In this document: piece after piece, positions 29,825 through 43,803 of the stretch
Layout of the letters: every line of letters starts with the position of its first letter
Numbering within the stretch: the stretch's first letter is position 1
Assembly: GCF_016433145.1 (NCBI RefSeq)
Contig: NC_058130.1
Span: 87,579,853-87,643,852, forward strand
DNA: 64,000 nt
Origin: Gracilinanus agilis
Lineage: Eukaryota
Direction: 5' to 3'
Position numbers and translations under genes: made by a program
The notes under the pieces: generated by a model
What the model was told of the DNA's origin: nothing
The model's input: the letters and a program-made list of their open reading frames with translations, nothing else
Database searches by the model: none

Positions 29825-30430
29825 TTGTCAATCAATTGATTAATCAATAAGTCAATAAACATTAATTGAGCATTTACTATGTACTCTAGGCCAGTTGCCT
29901 CAGTACTTGGTGATATGAAGAAAGACAGAAACAGTCCTTGCCCTCAAGGAGCTCACATTCTAATGGAGGACACCACTTGGGCATATTGAGGTCCATCCAA
30001 GAGTCCACATCTCCAAGGGGAAGGCATTAGCAGCTGGGGGTGGGAGTCTGAGCCAGGCATTCTGAGTGGTGGAGGCCAAGAGGGAGGGCACTCCAGAAAT
30101 GAGAGAAGAAGAGAGGGCAAAGACACTCATGGAATGCCACAAAAGGAACAGTAAGTCAGCTGGACTATCGATGAGTGGATGACATGTCCTAAAGGCCTGA
30201 GAAGACAAGGAGGGCTCATGTTGGAAAGCTTTCAATACCAAACAGAGGACTGTGGATTTGATCCCAGAGGTTCTAGAGAGCCACTCGAGCTTAGTGCATG
30301 GGGGTGGACAGGGAGCAGAGTCAGTCAGACCTGGGCTTTTCAAAAATGACCCTGACAGCAAGGACAGGATGGACTGGAGTGGGGAGAGGCTCAAAGCACG
30401 AATTAAGAGGTTCTTTCAAGGGGCAGTGAG
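29825..30430 (-). mobile_element. L2 3' fragment
   Basis: caatcaattgattaatcaataag...attaattgagcatttactatgtac (L2 3' end, reverse). Confidence 0.65.
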
Positions 30431-33400
30431 GTGGCTAGAGGATGGATAAGGGACCTGGGGATGGTAGGTCCTGGGCACCATCTGCACAGAGACAGATGAT
30501 CATTAAAACCAGGGGATGTGAGGAGGGTTAAGAGAGAAGTGAAGGGCCCTCACCTCCCACTCGAGTTAATGGGAGAGAAGAGCCAAGATGGAAGAAAGAA
30601 GCTAGCTCCGCCACAAGGGTATTAGGCAGAAGGCTCTAAGAACTGGGCAGAAAAGACAGGGAGAGCGAGGTACAGAGCTGGCTGTAGTCAATGGGGTTGC
30701 TGAAGTGGTCAGACCCCATCAGAGGTGGTGGTAAGGTGGGGCCTAGCTTTGTTAACTGTGTACAGAGCTGTCCAGAATAGTGGTGGTATTCAGGGACCTC
30801 AAAGCAGGCCAGGTCACTGGGCCCTGGGAGGAAGCCAGCAGATCAAGCTTCTCTAAGTGATAAACAATTCTGTCGCAATGTCCTTGCTTTCTTCCAGATT
30901 GCTGGCTAGGCCCTGGAACAGATACTGCTGTAGACAGAGAGTGCTATGAAGTGGGCACAAAGCAGCCAAAGGAATGATTGATCACTAAAGGGGACCTTGA
31001 GAGCCCCTTGAGAGGGAGGGTGACAGTGAGAGAGGTCAGGGCCAGATCCACATGCCAGGAAAGCATTATGGGGCCCTGAGATAGAAGGGTGTCTCAGGTC
31101 TTTTTCAAGACGTGCCAGACAAAGAGTGCAGCCATAAGCAGCTGGTTCAGTGGCAAGAGAAAGAACACTTTCCCCCCTTATTCATCCCCCAAACTTGAGA
31201 AAGTCCTCAAGCTAGCCATCTTCCCATCTCAGCTTGGAGAAGGAGGCCTGAGCAAGGAACTACTTGGGAGAAAGGCGTGGGGCCTCTGCCCATGCCCACT
31301 CAGGCCTGCCTGTCTCCCCTCTCTTCTAGGACTACCATGGCAGGAGTCCCTGGGCAGCATAATCATCCAGCTGGTAAACAGCTGTTGCATCCTACCCAAG
31401 GGTGGTGGCATTTCAGTGGTGGGTGAAGTGATGCATATCTATTTTTAATTATATAGACAGACCCTGCTATATACACACCCCCATATCTACCCAGCACACT
31501 AAGAAACGCACAAACACACCCATGCATCTACATGGGGGTGCCTGCCTGGGCATCCCTAGACAGACCCTCTGTGCAGCATGTGCAAAGTGCTTTGAGATAT
31601 CTCATCAGGAAGGCTGCCCAACAAATGCAGCCTGGGACCTTTTGTTTCCTCCTCTCAGCCCTGCTCCCACTGGCCACTGGGTCCCTGCTTGGCAGGGGGA
31701 AAAAGCTGGCCAAGTTAAAATTAAACAGCTTGGAAAGCCAAGCAGGAAATAGGGAATGGTGTATGAAAATTAAACGGCTCCCGTCACCCTCAGCCTCAAA
31801 ATGCAACCCCTCTGGAGGGCAGCCTCCGGACCAGAAGGGAGAAAGAAAGATGGGCGAGAGTGCGCAGGGAGTGAAAGGAATGTGGTCAGGGAGACAAGGT
31901 TGAGGAAGGCACAGAAGTGGGTGAGAAGAGAGGAGATGCTCCAAGAATGAACCAAGGAGCTGGGGGAACTATTGCAGAGATGAAGGGAAGAGAGGAGGCA
32001 GGGAAGGCCAGGAAGAAGCCACTGGGCTGGGCCTAGGGGCCCCACTGCTGCCTCCCAGTTTTTCATTTTCACCTCAGAAAAGGCAGCCTGCCATGCAATT
32101 TACACCTTGGCTCAGCCTCCTGGAGCTGCCCTGGGCCCAACTCCCCATGAGAGACCAAGGAGGGAGGTTGGTGGCAGCTGGCAAACGAGAGAAAAGGAGA
32201 GGTGGGAAAAGGGGGACACCTCCACTCAGGGCACAGATCATCAAGCTCCTCAATGCTGAGAAGCAAATGGCTTGCTTAAGGGAAGGGCGGGGGGAAAAAC
32301 GACACCATGAGCTTGCCTCTACCAGCCTTCAGGCAGCCTCTCAGACTCTAGTGGATGCACAGAGAACGATCCCTTCTCTTTCTCCACAGTCTACAGCTTA
32401 GACATTATCAAAACCTTTTCCCTATCCCCAGGGAGCTTCCCAGCAGAGCCAAAGGGGGCTTTGGGGACCTGGCATGAGCTAAAGTAGGGAAGGCTGCTGG
32501 GAAAAGAAAGGATTGTGATTGTGATGGACTTCAGCAGAGAGTCCAGTCTCAAGCTACAGGGATACATTGGTCACCTTGCTGACCAGGGGAACCTCTAGTA
32601 TCCTGGATCACAGGGAACCTCCTTGCTTTGGGAAAACATCCCTTTCCCCCCCCTTATCATTTAAGAAGGCAGGCCTCTCTGGAAAATTCTTTGGGCAGCA
32701 CCATAGTTCCAGATGGTAGAGGCAGGCCTGGTCACTTTGAAGGGAAGACCCTGAAGTCTAAAATGGCAACTAACATGGGCTGTGTCCTTTGAAGGAGAAA
32801 AGCCAAGGACCTTGGGTCAGCTCAGCCCTCCCATCCTGTGCCTAGGCTGACGGAAAAGTGGCTGATTGATTATCCAGCAGAGGGGAAAGCTGTTCTATGC
32901 AGATGGAGCTGTGAAGCAAAGCAACTAGGAACCAGGAGAGGTATAAATGCCAGCAGGAAAGGACAGGTGGGCAATCAAGGGAGAGGAGGAGGGAGCAGAG
33001 CAGGCACTGAGTTTCCTAGGATAGCATCAGTCCTCTCAGCAGGTAGGCTGACACTGTCCAGGGGACTCAGTCCCTCTCTCAGGGCTTCTGTGTAAATGGC
33101 GGCATTGTTGGGTAGGTGGGCCCCCTCTTTCATCCTTGACTGGGTAGACTCTTTAGGGAAGAAAACCAAGGCAAATTGAGCCCATGAAGTAGCAAGGCCT
33201 TCTCTAAGGGATATGGTTCACCTCTACTAGGGCTATAACTCCAGAGTCATGATAAGACTTTCTTTCATAATTTGCCCAGGTCTGATATTAACTCTAACTC
33301 TGGATCATCTGGATCCAAGCTACAGGGGTGTAACATGTGGCATGGGGAACAGTTCCTTAGTTTTACCTGGGGAGTGTGAAGATGGCCAAAGGCTAGGGTT

Positions 33401-33479
33401 GGCAACCCCTAGAATAAACAGGATAAGAACCAAATTCAGCCATGGGCAATAAGAATTCATGAGCCTATTCTAGGGAACA

Positions 33480-34270
33480 GGGAGAGAGACAGACTGCCTG
33501 ATATTGTTCAATGTCAGTTTGGGAGTGGGTCTCTAGTGGAGCACAGGGAGCTGTGCTTGGCTCCATGCCATTGAATATTTTTATCAGTGACTAGGTCAAA
33601 AGCATAGAGGGCATGCTCATCAACGGTGCAGAGGATGCAAAGCTGGGAGGGATAGCTAGTACTCTGAGTGATGGAGACAGGATCCGAAAAGATCTTGACA
33701 GATTAGAGCAAAGGGCAGAGTTGGAGCCAAGGATTCTTAACCTTTTTTTGTATAAGAGACCCCTTTGGCATTCTAGTAAAGGCCATAAACACCTTGGAAT
33801 GCCATTTTTAAATAACTGAAGTAAATAGTAAATCTCAGCCAGAAGTTAGTGAGGATGTCATTTTTTTTCCCATCCAAGTTCATGGATGCCCTGAAGTCTA
33901 TCTATCCATGGAAGCTGAGTGCTCTGTGGATGTTGGGTTAAGAACCTGGATCTAGTTTTCAAAAAACAAACAAACTTTCTAGCTGTGTGACCCTGGCCAA
34001 GTCCCAACTGCTTAGCCTCTACCCCTCTTCTGCCTTGGAACTGATACAATTCTAAGAAGGTAAGGGTTAAAAAAAAAAAGAAGAAAGAAAAGAACCATGG
34101 TCTAAATAGATGAAACTCAATAGGGATAAATGTAGTCTTATGTTGGATTCAAAAATCAACTTGACAATATGACATATAGCAGTCTGTCTGAATAAAGAAC
34201 AATGACCCACGAGCATAATGTTACAAGTGTGATGTGGCAGCCAAAAACGCTAAGGTGAGCTTGGGCTACA
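33480..34270 (+). mobile_element. CR1/L3 fragment interrupted by a DNA-element-like repeat (~33727-33900) and a SINE (~33940-34080)
   Basis: tcatcaacggtgcagaggatgcaaagctgggagggatagct...aaaagatcttgacagattagagc, resuming at atggtctaaatagatgaaa...gtgatgtggcagccaaaaa. Confidence 0.55.
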
Positions 34271-34470
34271 TTTGTTTTGCTCAGTCATTTCAGTTATGTC
34301 TAACTCTTCAAGTCTCCATTTGGGGTTTTCTTCACAAAGATCCTGGAATGGTTTGCCATTTCCATCTCCAGCTCATTTTATAGATGAAGAAACCGAGGTC
34401 TGAGGCTGGATTTGAACTCATGAAGATGAGTCTTCTTGACCTTCTGGCCCAGCATTCTATCCACTGGTAC
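34270..34470 (-). mobile_element. MAR1-like SINE
   Basis: tcagtcatttcagttatgtctaactctt...ggggttttcttcacaaagatcctggaatggtttgccatttcc. Confidence 0.6.
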
Positions 34471-34944
34471 ATTAGGAGAGTCCCAAGACTGAGGACTTCT
34501 TGCTGGTGAGCTAGAAGGGAAACCTCAGGAAAGGAGAGGAAGGCTGCCTTCAGGAATCTCAAGATCTCTTCTGTTTGGTGCCAGAGGGCAGACCCAACAT
34601 CAAAGGGGCGAAAAGGCAGATTTAGGCTTGACTTAACAGTTACAGAGGTCTCTCCTAACCCCAACAATTCTGTGGTTTTGTAATTCTTGGACTGGTTTGA
34701 AGGAGTTAAGAGAATAAGTAGAAGGGAGCTAACCTGAGAGGCAGTGTGGTACATGGGTAAAGAACCCTGCACTGGGCAACAGGCTACCTGGGTTCTAGTG
34801 CTGGCTCTACAAACACTATGTGCAAATCATTAAAGTTCCTTCAATGCTGGTCAAGTAAGGGAAGAAGTAGGTGAGGTGACAGGGCATGGCAGAGACACTA
34901 AGGAGGCTCTGGTGTCAGTTTGAGTAGGCAATTCTGGATTGTTT

Positions 34945-36440
34945 GATCAATAAATCAATCAATAAGCATTTATTAAGTGCCTACTCTGTGCCAGGCACTA
35001 TGTTAAGCAATGGGGACACGAAAATAGGTAAAAGATCTCCTGCCTTCAAGGATCTCAGAATCTGACAGGGGAGACAACAAACAAATAAATATATACAAAC
35101 AAGTGAGGTATAGGATAAATAGGAAATAATGCACAGGGAGGGACAGCTAGGTGGTAGCAGCAGATGGAGCACTGGCCTAGAGTTGGGAAGATCTGAGTTC
35201 AAATTTTACTTCAGACACTTAGCTGTATGACCCTGGACAAGTCACTTGACCTGTTTGTCTTAGTTTCCTTATCTGTAAACTGAGCTGGGTAAATGGCAAA
35301 CCACTTCAGTATCCTTGCCAAGAAAACATCAAAAGAGTCATGAAGAGCTGAATGTGACTGAAAAATGTCTGAAAAATTAACAGAGAAAAGGCACTAGAAT
35401 TAAGAGGAATTGGGAAAAGCACCCTTGTGAAGGTATGATTTTAGTTGGAACCTAAAGCTATCCAGGGAAGCCAGGAAGCAAAGGTGAGGAGGGTAAGTGT
35501 TCCAGGCATGGGGGAGAGCCAGAAGGCCAGCATCTTGGATCAAAGAGAATGTGGAGGAAGTAAAGTATAAGAAGACTGGAGAGGTAAGAGGGGGTTGGGT
35601 TATGAAAGGCTCTGAATGCCCAACAACATTTTGTATTTGCTCCTGGAGGCTGGGTGCTGCCAGAGTTTGCTGAGTTGGGGAGTGACATGGTCGCAGCTGT
35701 GCTGGAGGAAAACCCCTTCCGGGGTAGGCAGCCCCACCAGCAGCTCCTGCCATAGTCCAGGGCAGTCTCATGGTCACAGGGCAGAAGGTGAAATAAACAG
35801 GCCAGGGCAACAGCTTGGGTGTGGGGACTGAGAGGCAGGGAGGACTCGGCACTCTGGGCTTGTGAGCCCGAGGGGCTGGAAGGATGGTGCTGCTGCTCTC
35901 CACAGTGACAGGGAAGGGAAGAGGGGGGTAGGCAATGATAATGAGTTTCATATTTCATTTCAGATGTCTACTGGACGTCCAGCTGGAGACGTGTGAAAGG
36001 CAGTTGGAGCAAGACTGGATGGAGGTTGGCAAAGAGGTTGGGGCAGGACAGACAGATTTGAGAATCATCAACCCAGAAATGATCATTATATCCAAGGGAA
36101 TGGATGAGACCACCACAGGTAGTGTAGGGGGAGAAGAGATATGGTGAGGGGGCACAACCTCGAGGAGGAGTCAGCAAAGGAGGTAGATAGGAAAAGGAGA
36201 ATATCAAGGAAGGGAGGGTGACCAGCAAGATCAAAGGCTGCACGGAGGTCAAAGAGGATGAGGACTGAGAAAAAGCCCCTGGATTTGACATAAGACGACT
36301 GGTGACTGGAAAAAGCTGGAATAGTAGAATGAAGCTGGATTGTAAAAGGTTAAGAAGAGAGTGGGAGGACAGAAAGAGGAGGCACCTACTGTGTGTGTGG
36401 AGTTTAGCTATGAAGGGATGAAGATACAGAGGACAATGAG
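34945..36440 (-). mobile_element. L2 fragments (with MAR1 insert)
   Basis: aatcaatcaataagcatttattaagtgcctactctgtgccaggcact...gtttcagatgtctactggacgtccagctggagac. Confidence 0.65.
35140..35375 (+). mobile_element. MAR1-like SINE inserted into L2
   Basis: CORE then aaatggcaaaccacttcagtatccttgccaagaaaac...gactgaa. Confidence 0.6.
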
Positions 36441-38869
36441 TGGCAAAGGTGAAAGGATCACATTTGGGGGGGGGGTAGTGGGACAAGAACATGTCTGTAG
36501 ACAGTAGAGATGGGGCATCACCTCCCCCTAAATCTTTCAATGGTTCCCTATTGCCTATCAAATAAAGTCCACACTCCCAAGGTTGGCATTCAAAGTTTCC
36601 TCCAGTCTTACTTCCTACCATCTGTGATTCATTCCTCAAATATGCTCCATTGCTTTCCTACCCTTGCCTACATTACTTCCTCGGATTAGAATTTCCAACC
36701 ATTTTCAACTGGAGGCCTGACCCATTCCTTAAGATGATCCTGTGATTCAAATGCTGCCCACTCCATGAAGACTTCCCTCTAACCAAAAATATTCTTACCC
36801 TCCTTGGATTGCTAAAAGATCCTTCTCTGCATCTCTCTTTTGGCCCTTAGTATATTCTGCCTCTTGGTGTAGTTATGTGGATCCATATCTTACTTCCCTA
36901 TTAGAATATGGAATCCTTTAGTATAGGGATTTCTCTCCTAGTACCAGTATAGAACAATGGACACAGAAAGCTCGATGATCATTTACCTGAAGAACCAATG
37001 AACAAGTAGGTCCAGGAAGTTCAGCTATTTGACTTTCAAAAAATTAAACAAGATGGTGCCATGGGGTTCTTAAGGAGGGCTAGAGACTATTAGAGTATTG
37101 AGGAAAAGAGTGAGGAACCTGGATCTGTACCCAGGATAGAGGGGATCCCTCTTTGCCTACTTCCCTCTGTACCAGCCTGTTCCAATTTGGGTTTTATGCC
37201 CATGCTTCCTGCTGGGCTGATTACTAACCATATTCTTGGTGCCCATGCTTTTTTTCTGTGCCAGGACCAAGAGAGCAATCCAATCAGAACATTTGCCTTT
37301 CACCCAGAAGAAGGGCATGCAGGCAGAGACAGCTAGAGTGACTGATGAATACCTCCGGACTCCAAAGGAATCCTTTCCTTTCACATTTTCTCACCTCCTC
37401 ATGACAGGTGCATTCAGAGGGGAGAGGAGGTTTGTTTATCCCAGATCAGAGTGGCCACCTTAATTTGTTTAACTTAGCATAAAAACCACTGAGAGTGGGT
37501 CAGCACCTATCACCTGTGGTCCATCCAGTGGTCAGACTATTTGTCTGGTCATGGCCAACCTTTAGGATCCAGTTATACACGTGGCTTTGCTTCCTGGACC
37601 CTACATGGGGAGCCATCAGGCAGCAGTGGCATGTATACTGTAGCCTTACTGTAGCTTTCTTTTACAATTGTGTCCCCAGGGTGTGTTTATCATTCAATAA
37701 ACTCTGAGGTTGGATCACCTGAGTGAGAAACTTTATATCTGTTCCACAGAATACCAAACCTGACTAACAGGGGAAAATAGTGCCAATCAGCAGGTAGCAC
37801 AGCCAGGTAAGAGAGATATGAGAGACAAAAATGAGAGCATCCAGCTGGGAGGGTGGGAAGAGAATCTGGGAACTGAGCCTTGGAATGAGAGAGGAGCAGC
37901 TGCTTTCTATGACCTTGGCAGGTACTACCTCCCCTAACGAGCTATCACTGGGTCAGGGGATGGTGAGAGGGGCTGACACCCCTGGCCTTCATTTCTTGGG
38001 TTCCTCATACTATATCAAGTCTTATTAGCTCAACCCTAGCAAGGTCCTCAATGCCCGAACTATAGCATCCTGTACAATGACAGAAGCTTGTATGTCCTGG
38101 AGGTTCTGAGCAGATGTTAACTCTATATGACTCATACCCTGGGAATGGCTTCAATCAGTTTGAAGCCAACTATGGGCTAATTTGCTAACCCAAGCCTTGG
38201 GCTGATAAGGACAGCTCTAATACTTTAATGTCCAGTGCCCAAGAGTACCTCCCTGGTAAGGGAGAAACCCTGCCCTTACTCCTGGCACAATGGGCAAGAC
38301 CTGGCACAATATGGACAGCAAATGACCAAGAGAGAAGACTAAGAGTGCATGCTAAGGCCAGGGCAGAAGAAGCAGTCCAGCCCCTCTGCTTCTGGAGTGT
38401 CTCCATTGCCTGTTTCCCCTTCATTTTACAAGCAAGAATTCACTAAGCCTCATTATATGCAAAGATCAGATAAAAAGCCAGAAATGACAAACAGTCCTTG
38501 CCCTGAAGGCACTTACACTCTACGTTGAGATTTAGCTTGTAAACAGGCAAGTGGACACAGGATGATTTGAGAGAGTATTAGTGATTAGTGATTAGTGGGG
38601 ATGGGAAAGGTCTTCCAGAAGATGGGGTGCCTGAGTCAAGTCTCAAAGAGTTATTAATAGGTAGATGAGGCACAAGATGAGACACCAGGTCTTGGGCCCA
38701 GGAAGCAGACCACGTAGACTGGAAAGTAGCATGTGAAGAGTAGTAGAAATGAATGAGGAGAAGAGTAGACAAGTTACTTGTGACACGGGGCAGACAAGGT
38801 ATTTCATCTTCAAAATCCTCAAAAGCTTACAAGGAAGAAGAAAGCAGGGAGCAGTTAAAGAAGACTAGA

Positions 38870-39950
38870 GGACACCACCTCCCCCTGATCAGAGTGGCCA
38901 ATATGATCAAAAAGGAAAATGGTCAATGTCAGGAAGGATGTGGGAAAATTGGGACACTGATGCACTGTTGGTAGAACTGTGAACCAACCCAATCATTCTG
39001 GAGATCAATGTGGAACCAGGCTCAAATAAAACTATTTGTACTATTTGTACTATTTGACTCAGCAATATCACTACCCAAAGAGACCAGAGATAAAGAAAAA
39101 GGACCTAGACCTGTACAAAAACATTTCGAGCAGCTCTCTTTGTAATGGCAAAGAACTGGAAACTGGGCAGGGGGATGATGTCCATCAATTGTGGAATAGC
39201 TGAACAACTTATGGTATATGATTGTAATGGAATACTATTGCTCCATAAGAAATGATGAACAGGGTCAGAAAAACCTGGAAAGACTTATATGAACTGATGC
39301 AAAGTGAAGTGAGCAGAACCAAGAGAACAGCATGTGAAGTAACAGAAATATTTTAAGATGATCAGTGGTGAAGGATTAAACTATTATTAGCAAAACAAGG
39401 TCCCAAGATAACCCCATGGAAATCATGATGAAAAATGCTCTCTAGGAGGCAGCTAGGTGGCTCAGTGGATTGAGAGTTAGGCCCAGAGATGGGAGGTCCT
39501 GGGTTCAAATCTGGCCTCAGACACTTCCTAGCTGTGTGACCCTGGGCAAGTCACTTAACCCCCATTGCCTAGCCCATACTACTCTTCTGCCTTGGAACCA
39601 ATACACAATATTGATTCCATATGGAAGGTAAGGATTTTAGAAAAAAAAAAAGAAAAGAAAAATGCTCTCTATAGCCAAAGAAGGCACTGTTGGAGTCTGA
39701 TTGCAAATCAAAGCATTCTGTCCTTCACTTCCTTCATGATTTAAAAAAAAAATCAGATCTGTAACATGTCTCCAGTCACAACATGGGGAATATGGAAATA
39801 TGTATTGCATGAAAGCACTGGTATAACCTATATCAGACTATTCACCATCTCAGGAAAGGGGTGGGGAAGGACGGAGGGAAGGAGAGAATCTAAATGGCAA
39901 AATGTCAGAAAACAATTGTCAGAAATGGTTTCTCTATGTAATTGAAAAAA
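38870..39950 (+). mobile_element. L1 3' end fragment (ORF2 C-terminus + 3'UTR + A-tail)
   Basis: ggatgtgggaaaattgggacactgatgcactgttgg...gaactgatgcaaagtgaagtgagcagaacc...A-rich tail at about 39945. Confidence 0.8.
39445..39655 (+). mobile_element. Young SINE1_Mdo-like SINE inserted in L1
   Basis: Near-consensus copy with TSD gaaaaatgctctcta on both sides. Confidence 0.88.
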
Positions 39951-41120
39951 AAAAAAAAGTCTGTAGGTCTAGTATCTAGCCTGACATCACTGAGGGGCCC
40001 TAGCTTTATGGGCAAGACTAGTAAATGAGGCCTAGGGGTAGGAGGGGGCCCAGCAGTGTGTAATCCACAAACTGGGAACTGGCTTGATCATCCCAGCTGC
40101 TGGGCTCTTAATAGAGCTAAACAAACACAATCCTTTGGGGATCCTTCCAAGGACAGTCAGGGTTCTCTGCCAGGCAATCAGGCTGCTCCCAGTCAGGGCT
40201 AGAATTCCTGGGGGATTTCAGGGCCCAAAGATTCTTCCAAGGAGCAGTTGCTGTCCCCTTCCCTTAGATCCTTCCATCCTCTGCTAGAACTATTCCCACC
40301 CATCTCCTACCCAGGTTTCTTTCTGTTCCTCTCCTCTCCGCCAGTTTTCTCCCCTTAACAGGATTCCCCCAGATTGTTACTCCCTTTTGAAATGGAAAAC
40401 TGGCAAGCTGCTGTCAAGCCACTGCAAGTTCGTCAGCATCCTGAGCCTTAGATCAAGAAGGCATCACTGGAGCCAGGCACAGAGAGAAGAGCACATACAA
40501 AGGGGTGCACACACATAGGTAGACTTCCGGGGCTGCAAGATTCAAAGATGCTCTGAGCCTCATTAGTGCTCTCCTTTCTCTTTTCTCCCCCACAGTGGGG
40601 GTTGGGGAAGCACAAAAAAAGAGAGAGAGAGAGCAGGGAAGGGAACTTAGTCTATCTCCATGGATGCTCAAAGCCCTGCCTCCAGCATCTATCTTTTCAC
40701 AAAGAGCAGAGACCAAACAATCAAGCTTGTAGGATAGGTTGACCTTGCACTTCAGGCCTCCTACACCATCTCTGCTCATGGGGTTCCTGGACTCTAGGCT
40801 CCAAGGTTCAAGAAGTGCCTTCTGAGCTGGGAAGACAACAGAAACTGTCCCAAGGAAACAGAATACTGGAAGGGTGCCAGCAAGCTTTCCCCTACGTCAG
40901 CTCTGTGGTAGGAAGATCAGATCAACCATAACTGGTTGATGGGACAGTTGACACCCTCCCAACTGCCTGTTGGTGGCTGACCATACCATTCAAGGATCAT
41001 GGCTATCTTGATCTCATGTCCTTTTCCAGAGGGAAAAGAGGGATGGTAGGACCTTCTCACCCCAGGGGGCCTGGGAATCCCTTAGAGAGAGCTCTCAAAG
41101 TGACATCAGCATTTAATTTT

Positions 41121-41301
41121 TTTTTTTAACCCTTAACTTCTGTGTATTGGTTCCTTGGTGGAAGAGTGGTAAGGGTGGGCAATGGGGGTCAAGTGACCTG
41201 CCCAGGGTCACACAGCTGGGAAGTATCTGAGGCCGGATTTGAACCTAGGACCTCCCATCTCTAGGCTTAGCTCTCAATCCACTGAGCTACCCAGCTGCCC
41301 C
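41121..41301 (-). mobile_element. Young SINE1_Mdo-like SINE
   Basis: TSD catcagcatttaatttt at 41104-41120 and 41302-41318. Confidence 0.88.
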
Positions 41302-42084
41302 CATCAGCATTTAATTTTAAAAGTCCTCAGAGATGGGGAAATTTGGGCAAAAGTATCTAAAAACCAGAACTAGAGTCCAGGGAAAGGCTTGAACAGATAA
41401 GGCCTGGACTTCCAAATCAGCTTTCTTCTCCCAGACCCCATGAGGGTTCTGCTCCCTAAACTAGCCCTTCAGATCTGTAGCAAACATAGAATAGGCCTGG
41501 AACAGGAGTTCGTCTAGGTGCCAGAACTGCCCTCAAACCTTCCGTACCTTTCATACACAAATTCCTACCCTAGTACAGTCATTGGGTCAGGGCAGAGATG
41601 CTCAGCTAGGTGAGGCCTGGGGGAGCCCCTTTCTGCCAGCCCCATCCTGCCTTCCTAGAAAGGGCTTCTCTTAGAGAAGGGTCTAAGGAGCATTGAGCAT
41701 CATCAAAGGGAGAAGACACAGACACATACCTTTTGTCCAGTTCCCTGTGATGACAAAGGACTTTTGGGCTCCCAGGTATTGGCAAAAAGGAAAGGGCTCT
41801 GCAGTGGGAGTTGCTTGTAACAGATGTAGGGAGGCAGCTTCCTTAGCCATCCTATCATTCATGCTCCCTCTTCTGGCTCTTACTGAACCATGATACTGAC
41901 AGTTTGGCTGCTCCAAGCTTTTCAGTCAAGAGGCAAGCGCCCCCCAACGGTCAAGCTGGCTACACTGAACAGCCAGCTTCTTCCGCATCCCAAATTCTGG
42001 AAGATGTTTCCAATTGCTTTCTGTTAAACACTTGATGCTAAACTCTGAGGTTTTGTCTCATGCCCATTAGATCAGTAAAGATAA

Positions 42085-42960
42085 CAAGAGGAAAAAGCTT
42101 CTAGGGAAAACAGGAACACTGATGCACTGCTGGTGGAGCTACAAACTGGCTCAGTCAGTCTGGAAAGCACCTGGGAATGACGTCCCCAAACTGTGATCAA
42201 AGTACACATCCTCTGACTATCCCACTACCAGGCCTAGACTCTAGAGAGATCAAAGAAAGAGGAAATGGACCTAGAGGGACAAAAAATATTTATAGGAGCT
42301 CTTTTTGTAACAGTCCCAAACTGAAAACTAAGGTGGTGCCTAGATGTAATGGAATATTACTGTGGGACTTCTCTGCCTTTCCCACCATGGCCCAGGGAGC
42401 TCATTATGGGGGTCACCTCATCACCACCCTTGGTCCCTCGGATTTGGAGGGTGGAGCCATGAACTCCAAACCTCTCAGTTCATACATGTCCTCATTTCTC
42501 ACCCAGCTGCACTAAGTCCCTGTGTTGTCCTGTCCTCTCCTCTCCCCTCACCCATTTGTATTGCTAGCCCTTGTCACTTAACCAATATTTCCTGAGTCTT
42601 GGCTACTGGAACATTATTATACCACGAGAAATGACAAATAGGGCCATTTCGGACTTCTTGGTAAACTGATGGAGTACAGTGAACAAAGCTATAAAAATAA
42701 TTTACACAATGACAATAATACAGAGAAAAACTACTTTGAAAGATTCTAAAACTCTAATCAATGATAATGAAATCCACCAACTTCCTCCAGGCAGAGGTGA
42801 TGGATGAAGTTTAGGGAGACAACAAAAGGAGAATTGGTTTTGTTGGGCTATGCATAATTGTTATGAGGATTTATTTTGGAGTTTAGTTTGGTTTGAATTG
42901 TTAAATGGGGAGGGGCACTGAGAGGGAGAAATAACTACATACAAAAATAATTTAAAAAAA
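42085..42960 (+). mobile_element. Older L1 3' fragment (interrupted)
   Basis: ggaacactgatgcactgctggtggagctacaaactgg...aatggaatattactg. Confidence 0.6.
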
Positions 42961-43581
42961 AACTAATATTTAGCAGAAGTCCTAGTCTACTTATAAAAAA
43001 GCTTCTCCCCATCCCCATTATCCACTCACACTTTGTCCCCAGCCCTATCCTCAATGCCTTTAATGGCCCTCTCAACAGGAGAGCATGTATCTCAATAGCT
43101 TTAGGCCAGTTCAGCTTTGGCCCTTCCCCTTGTGACGTACTCTCAGCTAAGACAGTCCATCTTTGGTCTAATACCATCTTCACTCTCAGATGGATGTGCC
43201 TATTTGTAATGGGGAAAGTGACATGGGGTACTAGAGGAAGACAAAATCCTGGGGAGCCAGTGGGGCCAAATATATGCCAGATACCTGGGAGCCAAGGCAA
43301 TCCTTTCCTACTGAGACTCTTGGGAGATGCCAGGTCTCCTAGTGGGGCCAAGGTATTAGCTCTAGAGGGTCCAAGCCTACAAGGTTCATTCAGCTCTCCT
43401 AACTTCTAGCCCAGGATGCCAGGATACAGAAGAAAGGGCAGAAGGGGCAGCCCTTCTCATCTAAGCTGAGGACCTTGTTCCCTCAAACTTATTCTAGGCC
43501 TGCCATTGTGTACTTAAAGTCCAGCCTGGCAGCAGAGGGCCAGAGAAAGAAACAAAAGCTGAACTCAGGTTTATGCCTCAC

Positions 43582-43803
43582 CTTGATATAGGTGTCCAGG
43601 GCAGGGTGGACCCTTTGGACAGCCAGATGGATGGACAGTGCTGTGGTGTAGGGAAAGACAGCTGTCACCACGTGGCTGGGTGCCGGGAAGGAGAAGATCT
43701 TGAAGCCAAATTTCTGGTAGAGGCGGATGAGTTCAGGGGATGGCGACTCATCACCTTCACTTAAGATACTGCCCACAGCAAATCGGCACTTCTCTGGAGG
43801 AAC
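43582..43803 (-). CDS. TEX264: TEX264 coding exon 2, 222 nt
   Basis: ctccttag|GTTCCTCCA gives VPPEKCRFAVGSILSEGDESPSPELIRLYQKFGFKIFSFPAPSHVVTA...HPALDTYIK; donor AAG|GTGAGG. Confidence 0.97.
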
